This document shows positions 1 through 11,445 of a DNA stretch of 64,000 nucleotides, piece by piece (the stretch's first letter is position 1; every line of letters begins with the position of its first letter). The notes under the pieces were generated by a model, which was not told the origin of the DNA, did not search any database, and was given only the letters and a program-made list of their open reading frames with translations. A program made the translations under genes and the position numbers. This DNA comes from Callorhinchus milii. Its lineage: Eukaryota. The stretch covers positions 36,768,001-36,832,000 of the forward strand of contig NW_024704742.1 in NCBI RefSeq assembly GCF_018977255.1. The letters run 5' to 3'.

Positions 1-687
1 GTCCAGTGCCTTGAGACATTCTCCCAATGTGAAAGGCACTATACAATTTGTTGTTGTTGCTGTGCTTTCAATTATCTTTCACAATAAATCTTGTGAAGCG
101 CTTTGAGACATCCTCCTGATATAAAAGACGCTCTGTAGATTGTAAGGATTATTTTTTGTAGTACTGTGTTACTGTACTGACTCTCTGTGTACAAATATAC
201 AAATTTGTATTGAATCATTTGATTAATTACCTCCTCTCTAAGATATGCTCTTAAGACCACTCTTCCAGGTATAATACTTTTACCTCAGATCGTAAAATCT
301 ATCTCCTTCTCAGAGCATGAGCAATCTCAGTACATGAAAATTGATAAATATCATTTGAGTTTTTATATTTCATACATTTCCTCTTGGCGGTTTTTCAAAT
401 AGAATCATAAATTCTGTGTATCTACTGAATGGTTGGTGATGAAGAGTGCTTGGTGACTGACTTCAGTATTCATTCCAAGAGTAACACCCTGTCGAATGGC
501 TAATGAATGGGTTTAAAGCCAGAGTTACTGTGGATCTAGTTCCTATACCGGTACATTGAGTTGGCCTAGCTTTGAAATCCTCTGAGAGTTCTCATTTTTC
601 AGGAGCTTGTATTTGTCAGGAGTTTAAGAGTACATTAGCTTGATTAAGTGGGTCTCCAGAATGCTGCAGAACTTCCATGGATGACCC

Positions 688-2075
688 CCAACTCTATCCC
701 TCTGCCTCCACCCTTGATTCCAAGACCACTGCTGTCCTGACCAATAGCCTGTCAGACATCAAGTCCTGGATGACAGCTTTCTCAAATTGAATGTCGACAA
801 GGCACAGGCTCTCCTGCTTGGCTCTCGTCAGCACCTCTTACTTCAGCCGCTGACGGCATCAATCTATGCCGATGCACACTCCACCTCGCGGAGCCAGTGC
901 AGAACCTCAGTGTGTTCTTCGACTCTCAGCTGTCCATTAAACCCCATGCATGTTCAGGTTTCCCTCTCCTCCATAACATTTCCCACCTCTGCCACGACCT
1001 CTTGGGCCAATGAGATCCTTGTCCATGATTTCATCACATGTACAGCAACAACAACAAAATTACATTTGTATAGCACCTTTCACATCGGGAGGACTTCCCA
1101 AGGTGCTGAACAGTCAGTGTTTTGGACCCGAGCTGGGGCTTGGGATTGGGGAGGGTGGAGAGCGGGGGCTGGAAGGAGGGTGATCGAAAGCACGGTCGAA
1201 GAAGAGGGTCTTGAGATGGGTCTTGAAGGAGGCAAGGAAGGGGATGAGGCAGAGGGACTGTGGGATAGAGTTCCAGAGGGTGGGGGCAGAGTAGCAAAAG
1301 ACCCGCCCGCCAATAGTGGGGTGGGCGAGGTGGGAGACATGAAGCAGGCCAGAGCCCGCTGAGCGGAAATAGCGGACAGGCTGGTGGGGGTTAGGAGGTC
1401 ACAGAGGTGGGGGGAGGCAAGGCCATGGAGGGCTTTGAAAGCGAGGACCAGGATCCTGAACTGTATCCTCTGTGTGATGGGAAGCCAGTGGAGTCGGGCG
1501 AGGATGGGGGTGATAGGGTCACGCAGCCTAGAGCGGGAGAGGACACGGGCTGTGGAGTTCTAGATGATCTGCAGCCAATGGAGGGAGCAGTTGGGGAGGC
1601 CGACAAGCAGGGAGTTTGCATAGTCAAGCCTCAATGTTACGAATGCATGTATGAGGATTTCGGCTGCCTGCGGTGTGAGACAGTGGGGGAGCTGGGCGAT
1701 GTTACGGAGGTGGGGAAAGGCAGAGCGGGTCATGACATGGATTACATGTAGGTAGGATTACACCAACTCTCTGCTCGCTGGACTTCCTAACTCTTCCCTC
1801 CACAAGCTGTAGACCGTCCGGAACTCTGCAGCTCATGTCTGATCCCACACTAAGCTCTGTGAGACTATCACCCCCATCCTCATCCAGCTCCATTGGCTCC
1901 CCATGCCTCCAGAGGATTCAGTTCAAGATGCTCAGCCTAATTTTTAAATCCCTCCATGATCTTGCACCACCTTACCTCTGTCACCTTCTTAATCCCTACC
2001 AATTTACCTGCCCCCACTCTCTGGAACTCCATCCTTCTCCTCGCTCCTTCCCTCACTTCTTCAAGTTGTGTCTCA
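688..2075 (+). mobile_element. Decayed L2 LINE RT/C-terminal fragment, interrupted by a younger L2 at 1043-1743
   Basis: Reads ..LSDIKSWM..FLKLNVDKAQALLLGS, then VHDFIT | RXDYTNSLLAGLP..RIQFKML. These are typical L2 ORF2 C-terminal motifs, with frameshifts. Confidence 0.8.
1043..1743 (-). mobile_element. L2 LINE 3' fragment (family 'a', TTG-repeat tail) with 7-bp TSD
   Basis: Minus strand encodes RLDYANSLL..LHWLPITQRIQF-type motifs and ends ..GTCCTCCCGATGTGAAAGGTGCTATACAAATGTAATTTTGTTGTTG. ACATGTA flanks it at 1036-1042 and 1744-1750. Confidence 0.9.
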
Positions 2076-2888
2076 AGAAATGCACTAAAATACAATATAT
2101 TGTTGTCTTGTTTGACTGAAATAAGCACAAACTGTGATATTGTATTCAGTGAATAGTGAAAACTGTATAATTACAGGAGTAACACAGGGATATCAATAGC
2201 ATCTCAGACAGAGGGCACAATGTTGTTGGCGAGCATGGCTCTTTGTGAAAGGCATGACATAAATATGTAGTTTTCTAGAAATGTATCCATCTTCCTTTCT
2301 GAGAAAGAAACACATCACTGCTGCCTCTGATCTTTAGACTCAAGAGGATGATCCTGTTTCTCAACTCCAGCCTCAGCTGCAGTGCTGCTCAGAATAGACC
2401 CAATCACTCTGAACTAAGTGACCTATCAACTGACGTGTGTTTATAGTTAAAGCATAGGCTAACTGCTTTAAGCATCAACCTCAACAGACAAGTGTGAGCT
2501 GGTATTGAGGTCTGCCTCTGGGGATCTGATTTACCTTTCACCGCTTATAAATCATCAATCAATCAAAAGAAAAGTTTTAAAACTTTTGTTTTCCTGTTAT
2601 TTCCCTTGTTCTTACTTCCTTTTCTCTTCTATTTGTGTTGAACAATACTCTTTGAATGCTGAGTGCTGAAGCAGGCTTGAAGAGGTTATTAGGCCGGACG
2701 GTGTGAGGAAGCCAAATTAACAGCACAGTTACAAATCGATAATCCGGGGTGCTTCAAATAATCATGACCTTAATCTCAATGTTGGAGATATCCAAACCGG
2801 AGCTACTGCCAGATTCTGATGTTCATTTCAATACAGCATTCACTGCTGGTTAAATGGTTGCATCAGTATCAATAATATCGGCCGTCCG

Positions 2889-3088
2889 AATAATAATAAT
2901 AATAATCCTTGCATTTGATATAGCGCTTTTCACGTCAGGAGGACGTCCCAAAGCGCTTCACAGAACACACTGTAAAGTGAATTGATTGTATATTTGTGGG
3001 CGAACGCGGCAGCCAATTGCGCACAGCAATGTCCCACAAACAGTCGTTGATTGAAAATGACCAATTTCTTATTGTTTTGGGTTTTGGA
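2889..3088 (-). mobile_element. Young Deu-domain SINE, 5'-truncated
   Basis: Nearly identical to the 3' part of the full copies at 51363 and 60864; (TTA)n tail. Confidence 0.9.
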
Positions 3089-3139
3089 ATGCAACAGAGA
3101 TGGATGATGAGAAGTGCTGTGTGAAATTAATAATTTCAA

Positions 3140-3685
3140 AAACTTGCATTTGATATGATGCCTTCCAATCAGTAAGGATGATGTCTCAAACCACTTCAGG
3201 ATTTACTTTTAAATGTACTGACAACATATTTTTTAGTTTAATGCTGCAATCAATTTCTGCACAGCAATGACCCCAAAACAGCAATGAAACGAACAACCAA
3301 TTTTAACTGGGAATTGTTTGCCAGAACACCAGGAGAAAATACCTTCACCTTTTTGTGAATAGTGCCACTGGATCTTTAATCTCCACCTGAACCGGCAGAC
3401 CGAGCCCTATTGACTCTCCTGTTCCCAACCCCCTGCTCAGTTCCAAATCCCTGATTGTCCAGTGCCTTGGGACGTCCTCCCGAAGTGAAAGGTACGATAC
3501 AAATGTAATTTGTTGTTGCTGAGCTTTTGTTTAATATCTCATCCAAAGGATAGTACCTCCACCAATGCTGCCCATCGCTCGTTCTGTACTGGAGTGTGTC
3601 AGTTCAAAGCATTGACATGAATCCTGAATCATGTACACTACAACTCTGGCTGGCCAGACCAGAGAGGTGAAGGTGCTGAGGGAGG
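3140..3685 (-). mobile_element. Older Deu-SINE (SacSINE1/AmnSINE1-like), with a short + strand L2 tail inserted at about 3410-3520
   Basis: Contains GCACAGCAATG, AGTGCCACTGGATCTTTAATCTCCACCTGA and TTTAATATCTCATCC, the reverse complement of the Deu central domain. Confidence 0.65.
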
Positions 3686-3730
3686 TGAGTGCTGAGGAGA
3701 CTCACCTCCCTCAGCACCTTCACCTCTCTG
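3660..3730. repeat. Perfect inverted repeat: 31-bp arms, 9-nt loop
   Basis: CAGAGAGGTGAAGGTGCTGAGGGAGGTGAGT (3660-3690) is the exact reverse complement of 3700-3730. Confidence 0.97.
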
Positions 3731-3837
3731 TTTCAGGAGTAAAACAAATGCAATGTATACCTTGCTGAAAATGTGCATGGAATGAAATATACAGTACTTA
3801 CAAATTAGGAAAACACTAAATACCAGTACAGAGGTTT

Positions 3838-4117
3838 AATAATAATACTTGTATTTGATATAGTGCCTTATCATGTCTTTGAGATGTCTCAAAGCGCTTC
3901 ACAGAATATACTCTTTTGTGAATTGACTGCATATTTTGTGGGAATTCTTTTTTTGAAGGAATTATTACCCTGGAAAAGCGATCCACCAATCGACTAACAA
4001 CTGGATTCCTAATTACTGCTGGAAAACAGAGGCGTGTGGAGTAAGAAACTAGTCCAATGTTTTGCCCTGCCCAGGAATCAAACCCAGGTCTTTCGCTTGC
4101 GAGGCGAGTGCTCTAAC
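3838..4117 (-). mobile_element. Young SINE, long subfamily, internally deleted; head abuts the next SINE
   Basis: Tail, the long-type insert (AAGCGATCC..AATCGACTAACAAC..AAACAGAGGCGTGTGGAG) and a partial tRNA head are present. Confidence 0.85.
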
Positions 4118-4444
4118 TATAATAATAATAATAATAATCCTTGCATTTGATATAGCGCTTTTCACGTCGGGAGGACGTCCCAAAGCGCTTCACAGAACAC
4201 ACTGTAAAGTCAATTGACTGTATATTTGTGGGCGAACGCGGCAGCCAATTGCGCACAACAATGTCCCACAAACAGTCGTAGATTGAAAATGACCAATTTA
4301 TTATTGTTTTGTTTTTTTGGAGGGATTATTATGAGGCGTGTGGAGTAAGGAAACTTGCCCAAGGTTTCGCTCTATGCCTGGAATTGAACTCAGGTCTCTC
4401 GCTTGCAAAGCGAGTGCTCTAACCACTGAGCTACAGGACTCCAC
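4118..4444 (-). mobile_element. Young SINE, short subfamily, full length
   Basis: Head GTGGAGTCCTGTAGCTCAGTGGTTAGAGCACTCGCTTTGCAAGCGAG on minus strand, then Deu domain and (TTA)n tail. Confidence 0.95.
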
Positions 4445-5307
4445 AGGTCTCCTCCAGTTTCTGGCTGATTGTGTACTCCGCTCAGTTCATTCAGCTCTGG
4501 TTTGGACTAGTTGTCTGGAATGGATTTCCACAGAATCTGTTGTGTGTTTTGCACATGTGGATGTCTTCAGGAAACTTCCAAATTGCTACAGAATATGAAA
4601 TCTTAGTTACCAGCACAAACTGTACCTTCTGTTCCCCCAGCAATGCAGTGAAGATGTTCAGTCCACAGGACTGGGGTTGACTCAGACTCAGGTCCTGTCA
4701 CCAAAAGAAGTGTAGCAAACCACTGAACTGGCGAACCTCACTGTAACATTTGTAGTCAGTTGTTAATTCCATTATTGGAAAATGTTGAAAGATGGCAATG
4801 ATCCAACAATACCTACATTGTTCATTCAAACGGATGCTTCAACAATCTCAGTGTTTTTGCTGTTTCAGTTCCTTCAGGTCCCACGTTTGGTTTAGAGACT
4901 GCTTCAGACTGGTTTTCTGGTGATTTCACTAAAACTTGCCATTGGATCAAGGTAGTAAACAAAATCAACACAAATGGTTTCGAACAATATTAAAAGTATC
5001 CTTAATTTTGTGATTGTCATTTAAAAGCATGCTGCTAAATGTTAATATAATTATAATTTAATGCATTGTATATACCGCCTTATTATGTTGTTGGGATTCT
5101 TAAAGAGATTCAGAAGATTTTACTTTGAAGGGTAATGACTGTGCACTTGTAGGAAAATAACTACAAGTAATAACTTCTTAAGTGTGCAAACTGAAGTGAC
5201 TGACCAAGGATAAGGTATTCACTGCCTATGGATTTGTCTACAAATACACATTACTACACTTGACAGAAACACTTTGAAACACTTTTGTGACAATTTTAAC
5301 ATTATAA

Positions 5308-5646
5308 AAATAATAATCCTTGTATTTGATATAGCGCCTTATCACGTCTTTGAGACGTCTCAAAGCGCTTCCTAGAATATATTGTAAAGTGAATTGACGG
5401 TATATTTGTGGGTGAAAAGCGACAGCCAATTGCGCACAGCAATATCTCACAATCAGTCGTGGATTGAGTGACCAAATTAGAGCAATCCGCTAATTGAATC
5501 ACAACCAGGTTCCTATTTACTGCTTGGTAAACAGAAGCGTGTGGAGTAAACTTGTCCAATGTTTTGCCCTGCCTGGAAATTGATCCCAGGTCCTCTTGCT
5601 TGAGAGCTACAAGACTCCAAAGATGACCACTGAGCTACAGGACTCC
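5308..5646 (-). mobile_element. Young SINE, long-type, with a local duplication across the head/flank junction
   Basis: Tail and head recognisable; GAGCTACA(A/G)GACTCCAAAGATGA occurs twice at about 5604-5654. Confidence 0.85.
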
Positions 5647-5811
5647 AAAGATGATCAGACACAAAGAAAGTCTGATAAAACAACAAACAAGATCCACTTG
5701 TTTCATATATCGCTTCACAAATATAGGCAGCTCCACACATTAACATCGTATTTATAAAAAGAATTTCAAATTGAAAGCCACATTAATAAAAGAGTGACAT
5801 TTAAGCCCCTT

Positions 5812-6030
5812 AAAATCACAGAACGTTTCAGCACAAAAACAGGTCCACGAAGCCTCTGCTGGTGTTTTTCTCCACCTGAGCCACCTGTTCCCATTTCCCT
5901 GCTCGCTCCTCATACCCTTTAACATTACTCCTTTTCAAAAATCTATCCAATTCCCTTTACAATTAATCTATGGCCTCGCCTTAAACTATAGTTTGTGGTG
6001 GAGAATTCTGCAATTTTACCAACATTATAC
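5812..6030 (-). mobile_element. Old CR1 LINE 3' end fragment
   Basis: CATACCCTTTAA..ATCTATCCAATTCCCTTT resembles the reverse complement of the CR1 C-terminus and 3' UTR seen at about 37560-37740 and 63000. Confidence 0.5.
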
Positions 6031-6481
6031 GTTCTATATCTTAAGGAGAAATAAACTATGCAGAAAATCCTCAAAAAGCCTATTTCATTTTACCGGAGGG
6101 ACTAGAATCTAGTCCTAGGAGTCCTGTGCTAGGAGTCTGTTCCACACACATTTTTCCTTGCCACCAATGGAATAGATTAGCCTCCACTTGGCTCCAATTC
6201 ATGCACAATGGCTCTGATTAAAACTCGATATGTAGGGATCGTGGATTGAACTCTAGACACAATGAAAAATCGGTGAAACCGTATCACACTCGTGAGGTTG
6301 GGCCAGTAAGGGGCATAAATCAACCATGACCTTGCAAGTTGATTTGCATAGACCCGCCTAAACTGAAAGAATTGAAACATTTCAAAGCACTTTACAGTAA
6401 TTATTTAAGCGTTGTAACTGTTTATTGTAGTCAAAACTGCTTATTTTGCATTCCTAATACACAATTCTATTCGTAACATTA

Positions 6482-7048
6482 AGGCTTGACTACGCATACT
6501 CCTTGCTTATCAGCCTCCCCAGCTCCTCCTATGGAGACAGGCTGCAGATCATCCAGAACTTTGCAGCCTGTGTCCTCTCCTGCATCAGACTCTGTGATCC
6601 TATCACCCCCATCCTTGCCGACTCCACTGGCTTCCCATCACACAGAGGATACAGTTCAAGAACCTCGTCCTCACCTTTAAAGCCTTCCATGGCCTTGCTC
6701 TGCCCTACCTCTGCGACCTCCTAACCAACTATCATTTTGCCCACTCCCTCCACTCAGCAGGCTCTGGCCTGTTTCACATTCCCCCACCTTGCCCACCCCA
6801 CCATTGGCAGGCAAACCTTCTGCCACTCTGCCCTACCCTCTGGAACTCCCCCTCCCTTGCCTCCTTCAAGACGCATCTCAAGACCCTCCTCTTCGGCCGT
6901 GCTTTCGATATCCCTGCTTCCCCCACTTGCCCTCCACCCTCTCCAATCCCGCCCCCCCAGCTCGGATCCAAAACACTGACTGTCCAGCACCTTTGGAGGT
7001 CCTCCCAATGTGAAAGGTGCTATACAAGTGTAATTTTGTTGTTGTTTT
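6482..7048 (+). mobile_element. L2 LINE 3' fragment (family 'a')
   Basis: RLDY..RLQIIQNFAACVL..DPITPILA motifs; same tail as 1043-1743. Confidence 0.9.
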
Positions 7049-7280
7049 CTGAAATGTATTTTTTTTTAACACTGATGCATTGTTCGGCTTTTGTAATAAG
7101 GTTCTTTCAGAAGAAAGGATGAGGTGTTGTGAATTCCAATGTTCTGTGTGGTCAGGGTTCACAGTTATTATTTATCATCGGATGCGTGTATACGTATAAG
7201 TTCAAGGGATCTTGCAGCCTAATGTGTTGTTTTTTATTCAAACTCATGATGCTTTTAAACACTTTTACTTTGAGTATACA

Positions 7281-7362
7281 GTACAGTGGGAGTCTGTTAA
7301 GCTAGACACATCAGGGACGGATGTTTTGTCCAGCATAAAAGGCATCCGCGGTTAGCCGAAAC
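7281..7362 (+). mobile_element. Possible Tc1-mariner/Tigger-like terminal fragment
   Basis: TA+CAGTGGGAGTCTGTTAAGCTAGACACATCAGGGAC resembles Tigger-type TA|CAGT.. termini; no partner TIR found. Confidence 0.35.
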
Positions 7363-7483
7363 ACCATGAACTCTTCCCGCCCAGCAGAGGAGCAGCGGAG
7401 ACGTTTCCTCCCTCCCATTGCCATTCCCATTGGACGGGAAGGGGACCGATTAGCGGTGGCTCCGAGGTGAATGACAATCTGAA

Positions 7484-7763
7484 GCCGCTTGTGAATGTTT
7501 GAGCTCTACCCAATCACAAGGGGCTCCAGCTGTCAATCAATTGTGATTTGACTCCTCCCATTTCCTTCCTTGTTTCGTCCCATTCCTCCGCCCCCTCACT
7601 GATTGACAGCCCAACTCCAGCCGCTTGTGAATGGCTGGAGTCCACTGTCAATCAATCTTGGACTCCAGTTTCTTTACCTCTTCCCTTTGAACTCACCGAT
7701 GACTTTCCCCTTGTGGAAACGTTGATTCGTCATGGGAACATGCTCCCGCATCATCTATAAAAG
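7484..7763 (+). promoter_or_regulatory. Promoter-like motif cluster: CCAAT, three TGATTGACAG decamers, GC box, TATAAAAG
   Basis: CCAAT 7510-7514; CTGTCAATCA 7530-7539 and 7645-7654; TGATTGACAG 7600-7609; CCGCCC about 7588; TATAAAAG 7756-7763. The motifs are seen directly; function is unproven. Confidence 0.35.
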
Positions 7764-8649
7764 TCAGTAGTGTGTGTTCATTTGTTGCCATTGTGGGTTT
7801 GGAGTGAGAGATTGTGCAGTGTGGACAAATTCTGTACATAGTGGGAGGCAGCACAGACTGCAACTCTTTCATTGTTGAAGTGATACTTTAGTGACAACTC
7901 ACAGAGCCTGGAGCACCAACGTGCTATGCCACAAAATATTGGGATAAATTTCATGGCATTTCGTAGAACATAGTTTTTTTTTAAACAATGAACTCCACAT
8001 ATTGAGTTTTAATCAGAGTTTAAGAGGAGACAGGTCCATTCTGCCTGAGAGCTAGGTAAACTAGACGTAAAGGATTTTAAACCTGGCTAACCTTTAGTGC
8101 ATCCTGGAGGCTGGCTTTAAATCACTATCACAATCTGGATCAAGATCACTTGGTAACAAATGTTGTTTTCACACAGAACAGTGGATGAGTGGAAAAGATT
8201 TGCCAGAAATTAAAATACATTTGTAGTCAAAGTTAACCAAAGTAGCCCAATATTATGCATCACCTCCTATGGATAGTAGACCAGCCAATTTAGGTTAGTG
8301 CTTTTGAAACTGTGAAAGAAAAGACCTTCAAAGGAAAAAAAACATGTTTTGCAGGTTTAAATAAAAAAATAAAAAATTAGGCTCCCGCCCAAAGCCANTT
8401 TTTCCCACACACGATACGACAAAAACCCACACAATCTGGCGACATTGAGGATTAGCATATACAATCAAAACACTGAAATTCCCTGCTCTAAATATTCCTT
8501 CAAATCTCTATGAACTAATCTCAATTAATCTCCTTCCCAGGTTCCTTCAACTTTGTTTCCTGACTAGCAGATGAACTCGTCAGCATTCACTCTTTAAAGA
8601 GAAAAGTCAGAAATGAAACAATATTAAAAGTACTTATTGCTAATGTGTA

Positions 8650-9330
8650 ATGAAACATTTAATAGATAAATGCAAGGTGCTACAAAGAGGATGTAAAAAT
8701 AGAAATACAAGTACCCATGGATGGGATAGATCTTGCCAATGGGGAAGACAAAAGAAATCTAGGGGAGTTAGTTGACTCATCGCTCACTATATCAAACACT
8801 ATGAGACAACAATAAACAAGGCAAATAGGATGCTGGGCTTCATTGTTAATCACTTGAGTTTAAATCCCCAGACATCATATTCAGGCTGTATAGTGCTCGG
8901 GGCAGACTGTACCTAGAGTACTGCCTACAGTTCTGGTCATTGTGATATAAGGAGGCTGCCTTGGCTCTTGAGGCAGTGTAAAGCGTAACAAGGATGATAC
9001 CCAATTTCAGAGGCATGAGGTATGAGAAACTAGAGAACTACACTAGAGAAGCTGACTAAGAGGAGACCTCATGAAGATGTATAAAATTTTAAATGTATTG
9101 AAAAAGTAAACCTAGATCAATACAATAGAACAAGGGAACACCGTTTTAAAGCTGTAAAGGGCGATTTCAGGACAGATATCAGTGACTAGAACAGATTGCC
9201 ACAAGAGTTGGTAGAAGCCATGACATTGGACTCATTTAAAAAACAGCTTGATATTGTGAAGGGGATAGTAGGGTGGGTGGTCTAGTGGATGAGATTGGAT
9301 CAGTTTTCTTCATCTAAACTAATCTTTTGA
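8650..9330 (+). mobile_element. Old CR1 LINE 3' fragment
   Basis: Degenerate DKCKVL..KANRMLGFI..LYSA..LEYCLQFWS..RGDL motifs. Confidence 0.8.
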
Positions 9331-9689
9331 AAAGTTTACTTTAAAGTGGCACTTATTCTTCAGGTAAATTATAGAGCTCAGTGCACCACAAAGTACATAT
9401 GGTTTGCTGGACCAAGCTGTGTGTGACCTTTTCTTATTTCTCATACATTTATACTCCTTTAATTATTTTGGACTGATTTCACTGTTCTCTAGCAATGTCT
9501 TTCTCCTATATGAGAGTGTTAAAGCCCCAAAGATGGGACAGTTTTACAATCATCTGTATAGAAAGCTGTTAGATATGTGTGCCCTTTAACTGAATAGTAC
9601 ACTATAATACTTAAAGAGGCTTATATTAGTTGAATACGCTTGAATGGGGAATCTGCTGCGTAAGTGGAACAAATGCCAGAGCAAAGATA

Positions 9690-10150
9690 AATAATCCTAG
9701 TATTTGATATAGCACTTTTTCAGGTTAGAAATGTCTCAACTGCTTCACAGGAAGTACTTTCAAGAATAGTGATTCTGCCAAAGAGTAGAGCTCTGGGACG
9801 CTACCCCGTGTGAGGGTTACTAGGTAAATACAAGTTGTTGTATTTCTAAGCATACGCACAAGCCAGTTTGCACACAGCAATATCCCACAAACAGTCATGA
9901 AAGTGAATAACCAATTTAACTGGAGGATTGTTGCCCAGGACTTTGGGAGAAACTCCCTTCTCCTTCCGATTAGTGTCATGGTATCTTTAACGTTCACTTG
10001 AACAGGCAGATGGGACCTAGATTTAATGTCTCCTCTGGAAGACAGCACCTTTGACACTGCTCTGGATTGTCATTCAAGGCCATGAGCTCAAAAACCCCAG
10101 CACAGGGCTCGAGCCCATAACATTCCAACCCAGAGGTGCGAGCGCTATCT
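9690..10150 (-). mobile_element. Older Deu-SINE (SacSINE1/AmnSINE1-like)
   Basis: GCCAGTTTGCACACAGCAATATCCCACAAACAG, AGTGTCATGGTATCTTTAACGTTCACTTGA and the head CTCGAGCCCATAAC..CAGAGGTGCGAGCGCTA. Confidence 0.75.
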
Positions 10151-10923
10151 ACTATCTACTGCTAGCCTCTTATCATATCTTCGAGATGACTCAGACTGCT
10201 TCACAGGATACACTGTAAAGTGAATTAACTGTATTTATGGTCTAATTCAAGATATATTCAATCAAGAAAAAAATGAAAACACACTGACGATCGAACACAA
10301 ACGTACCTCGACTTGCATGAATGTTCGGAGGGACGCTTCTTTACGGCCCCACAGGCCACTTCTGGCCCGAGGACCACAGGTTGTGGCCACTGCTGGACTA
10401 GACTATGCAAAGTCTTGACAATATGGCTGGAACCCACAAGCTTTAGACTCGTGGCCGAGAGTGCTATCAACTGAGTCTGGCTTGTCGCGGATTAACTTGA
10501 CACGATATATAAGCCTCTATTTTCTCATTAAAGTGCTTTTCAACCTCATAAACTTAAAATCAACCTCGTAATCACAAAAATGCATGGAAGTCCCATCTAA
10601 AAGATCATTTCATCTTATTTTTTGATTATATTTGCACTATACTCAATGTTAAACCTTCATAATCTAAATCCAGTTGGTACAATGCAGATGAACCTGTCTT
10701 ACAAAGTTATAATTTTATCAAGCAGCTCTGATTATAGTGGAGTAAAGGTTGTAACTAATGATATTTTGCTTTGCGGGCTATGCCGCAGAGACAGATCACT
10801 GTCACAAGGACATCCTTTCACTTCGTGGCCAGATCTGTGGACACACAGATTCACACTAAAACCTAATTTTCATTCTCTTCCCCCAACTAGACTGCAAGGA
10901 TCAGATGTTTTTTTAAAAAAATA

Positions 10924-11208
10924 CCCAGTGATGCAGCACTTACACCATACAGAGCAGAAGGTCACAGATTCGAATCGCTAAGTTAGCTGATCTCCTGTGG
11001 GGCAGCACTTGAAGTACTATAATTGGATTCCCTGATTCTGGGCTAAAGAGAGGAAGATTAGACAAGGATCTCACACCTGATCATTGTCTTGTGACCTATG
11101 CTTGGAAGTGCACGTGTGTGAATGTAGGATGAATCGGGATTCTGCTATGATGCCCCCTATTGCTGAATATCCTACTGACACGCATTGTGACGGTTCACGT
11201 GTGAATAA
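10924..11208 (+). mobile_element. LF-SINE-like element, 3' end cut by a young SINE
   Basis: Blocks colinear with the LF-SINE consensus as I recall it: CCATACAGA..GAAGGTC, AGTTAGCTGATCTC, GGGGCAGC, CCTGATC, GTGACC..GGAAGTG..GTGTGTG, TGATGCCC..GAATA.CCT.CTGACAC. Confidence 0.75.
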
Positions 11209-11445
11209 TAATGATAATGACCCATGCATTTGACATAGCGCCTTATCACATCTTCGAGACGGCTCAAAGTGCTTCACAAAATACACTGTAAAGTGAATTG
11301 ACTGTATATTTTGTAGGTGAAACGCGGCAGCCAATTGCGTACAGCAGTGTTCCACAAACAGTCATGGATTGAATGACCAAATTATTTTCTATTTATTTTG
11401 ATGGAATTATTACCCCCAGAAAAGCAATCTGCCAATTGACTAAAA
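11204..11445 (-). mobile_element. Young SINE, long-type, 5'-truncated
   Basis: Tail and Deu domain match the other copies. Confidence 0.85.

Noticed and set aside
787..1362. 191-aa ORF
   Set aside because: Chimeric read-through of a decayed L2 into the antisense strand of another L2.
6099..6115. Short palindromes (GGACTAGA-A-TCTAGTCC; similar ones at about 45588, 51120 and 56983)
   Set aside because: Stems of 7-9 bp are expected by chance in 64 kb.
8330..8470. Odd A-rich sequence around a single N (8398); other single Ns at 34974 and 51339
   Set aside because: Probably scaffold joins or low-quality bases; distances across these Ns may not be real.
10340..10392. Possible hAT-type terminal sequence ..TGGCCCGAGGACCACAGGTTGTGGCCACTG
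   Set aside because: Resembles hAT right ends, but no partner TIR or TSD was found; too short to call.
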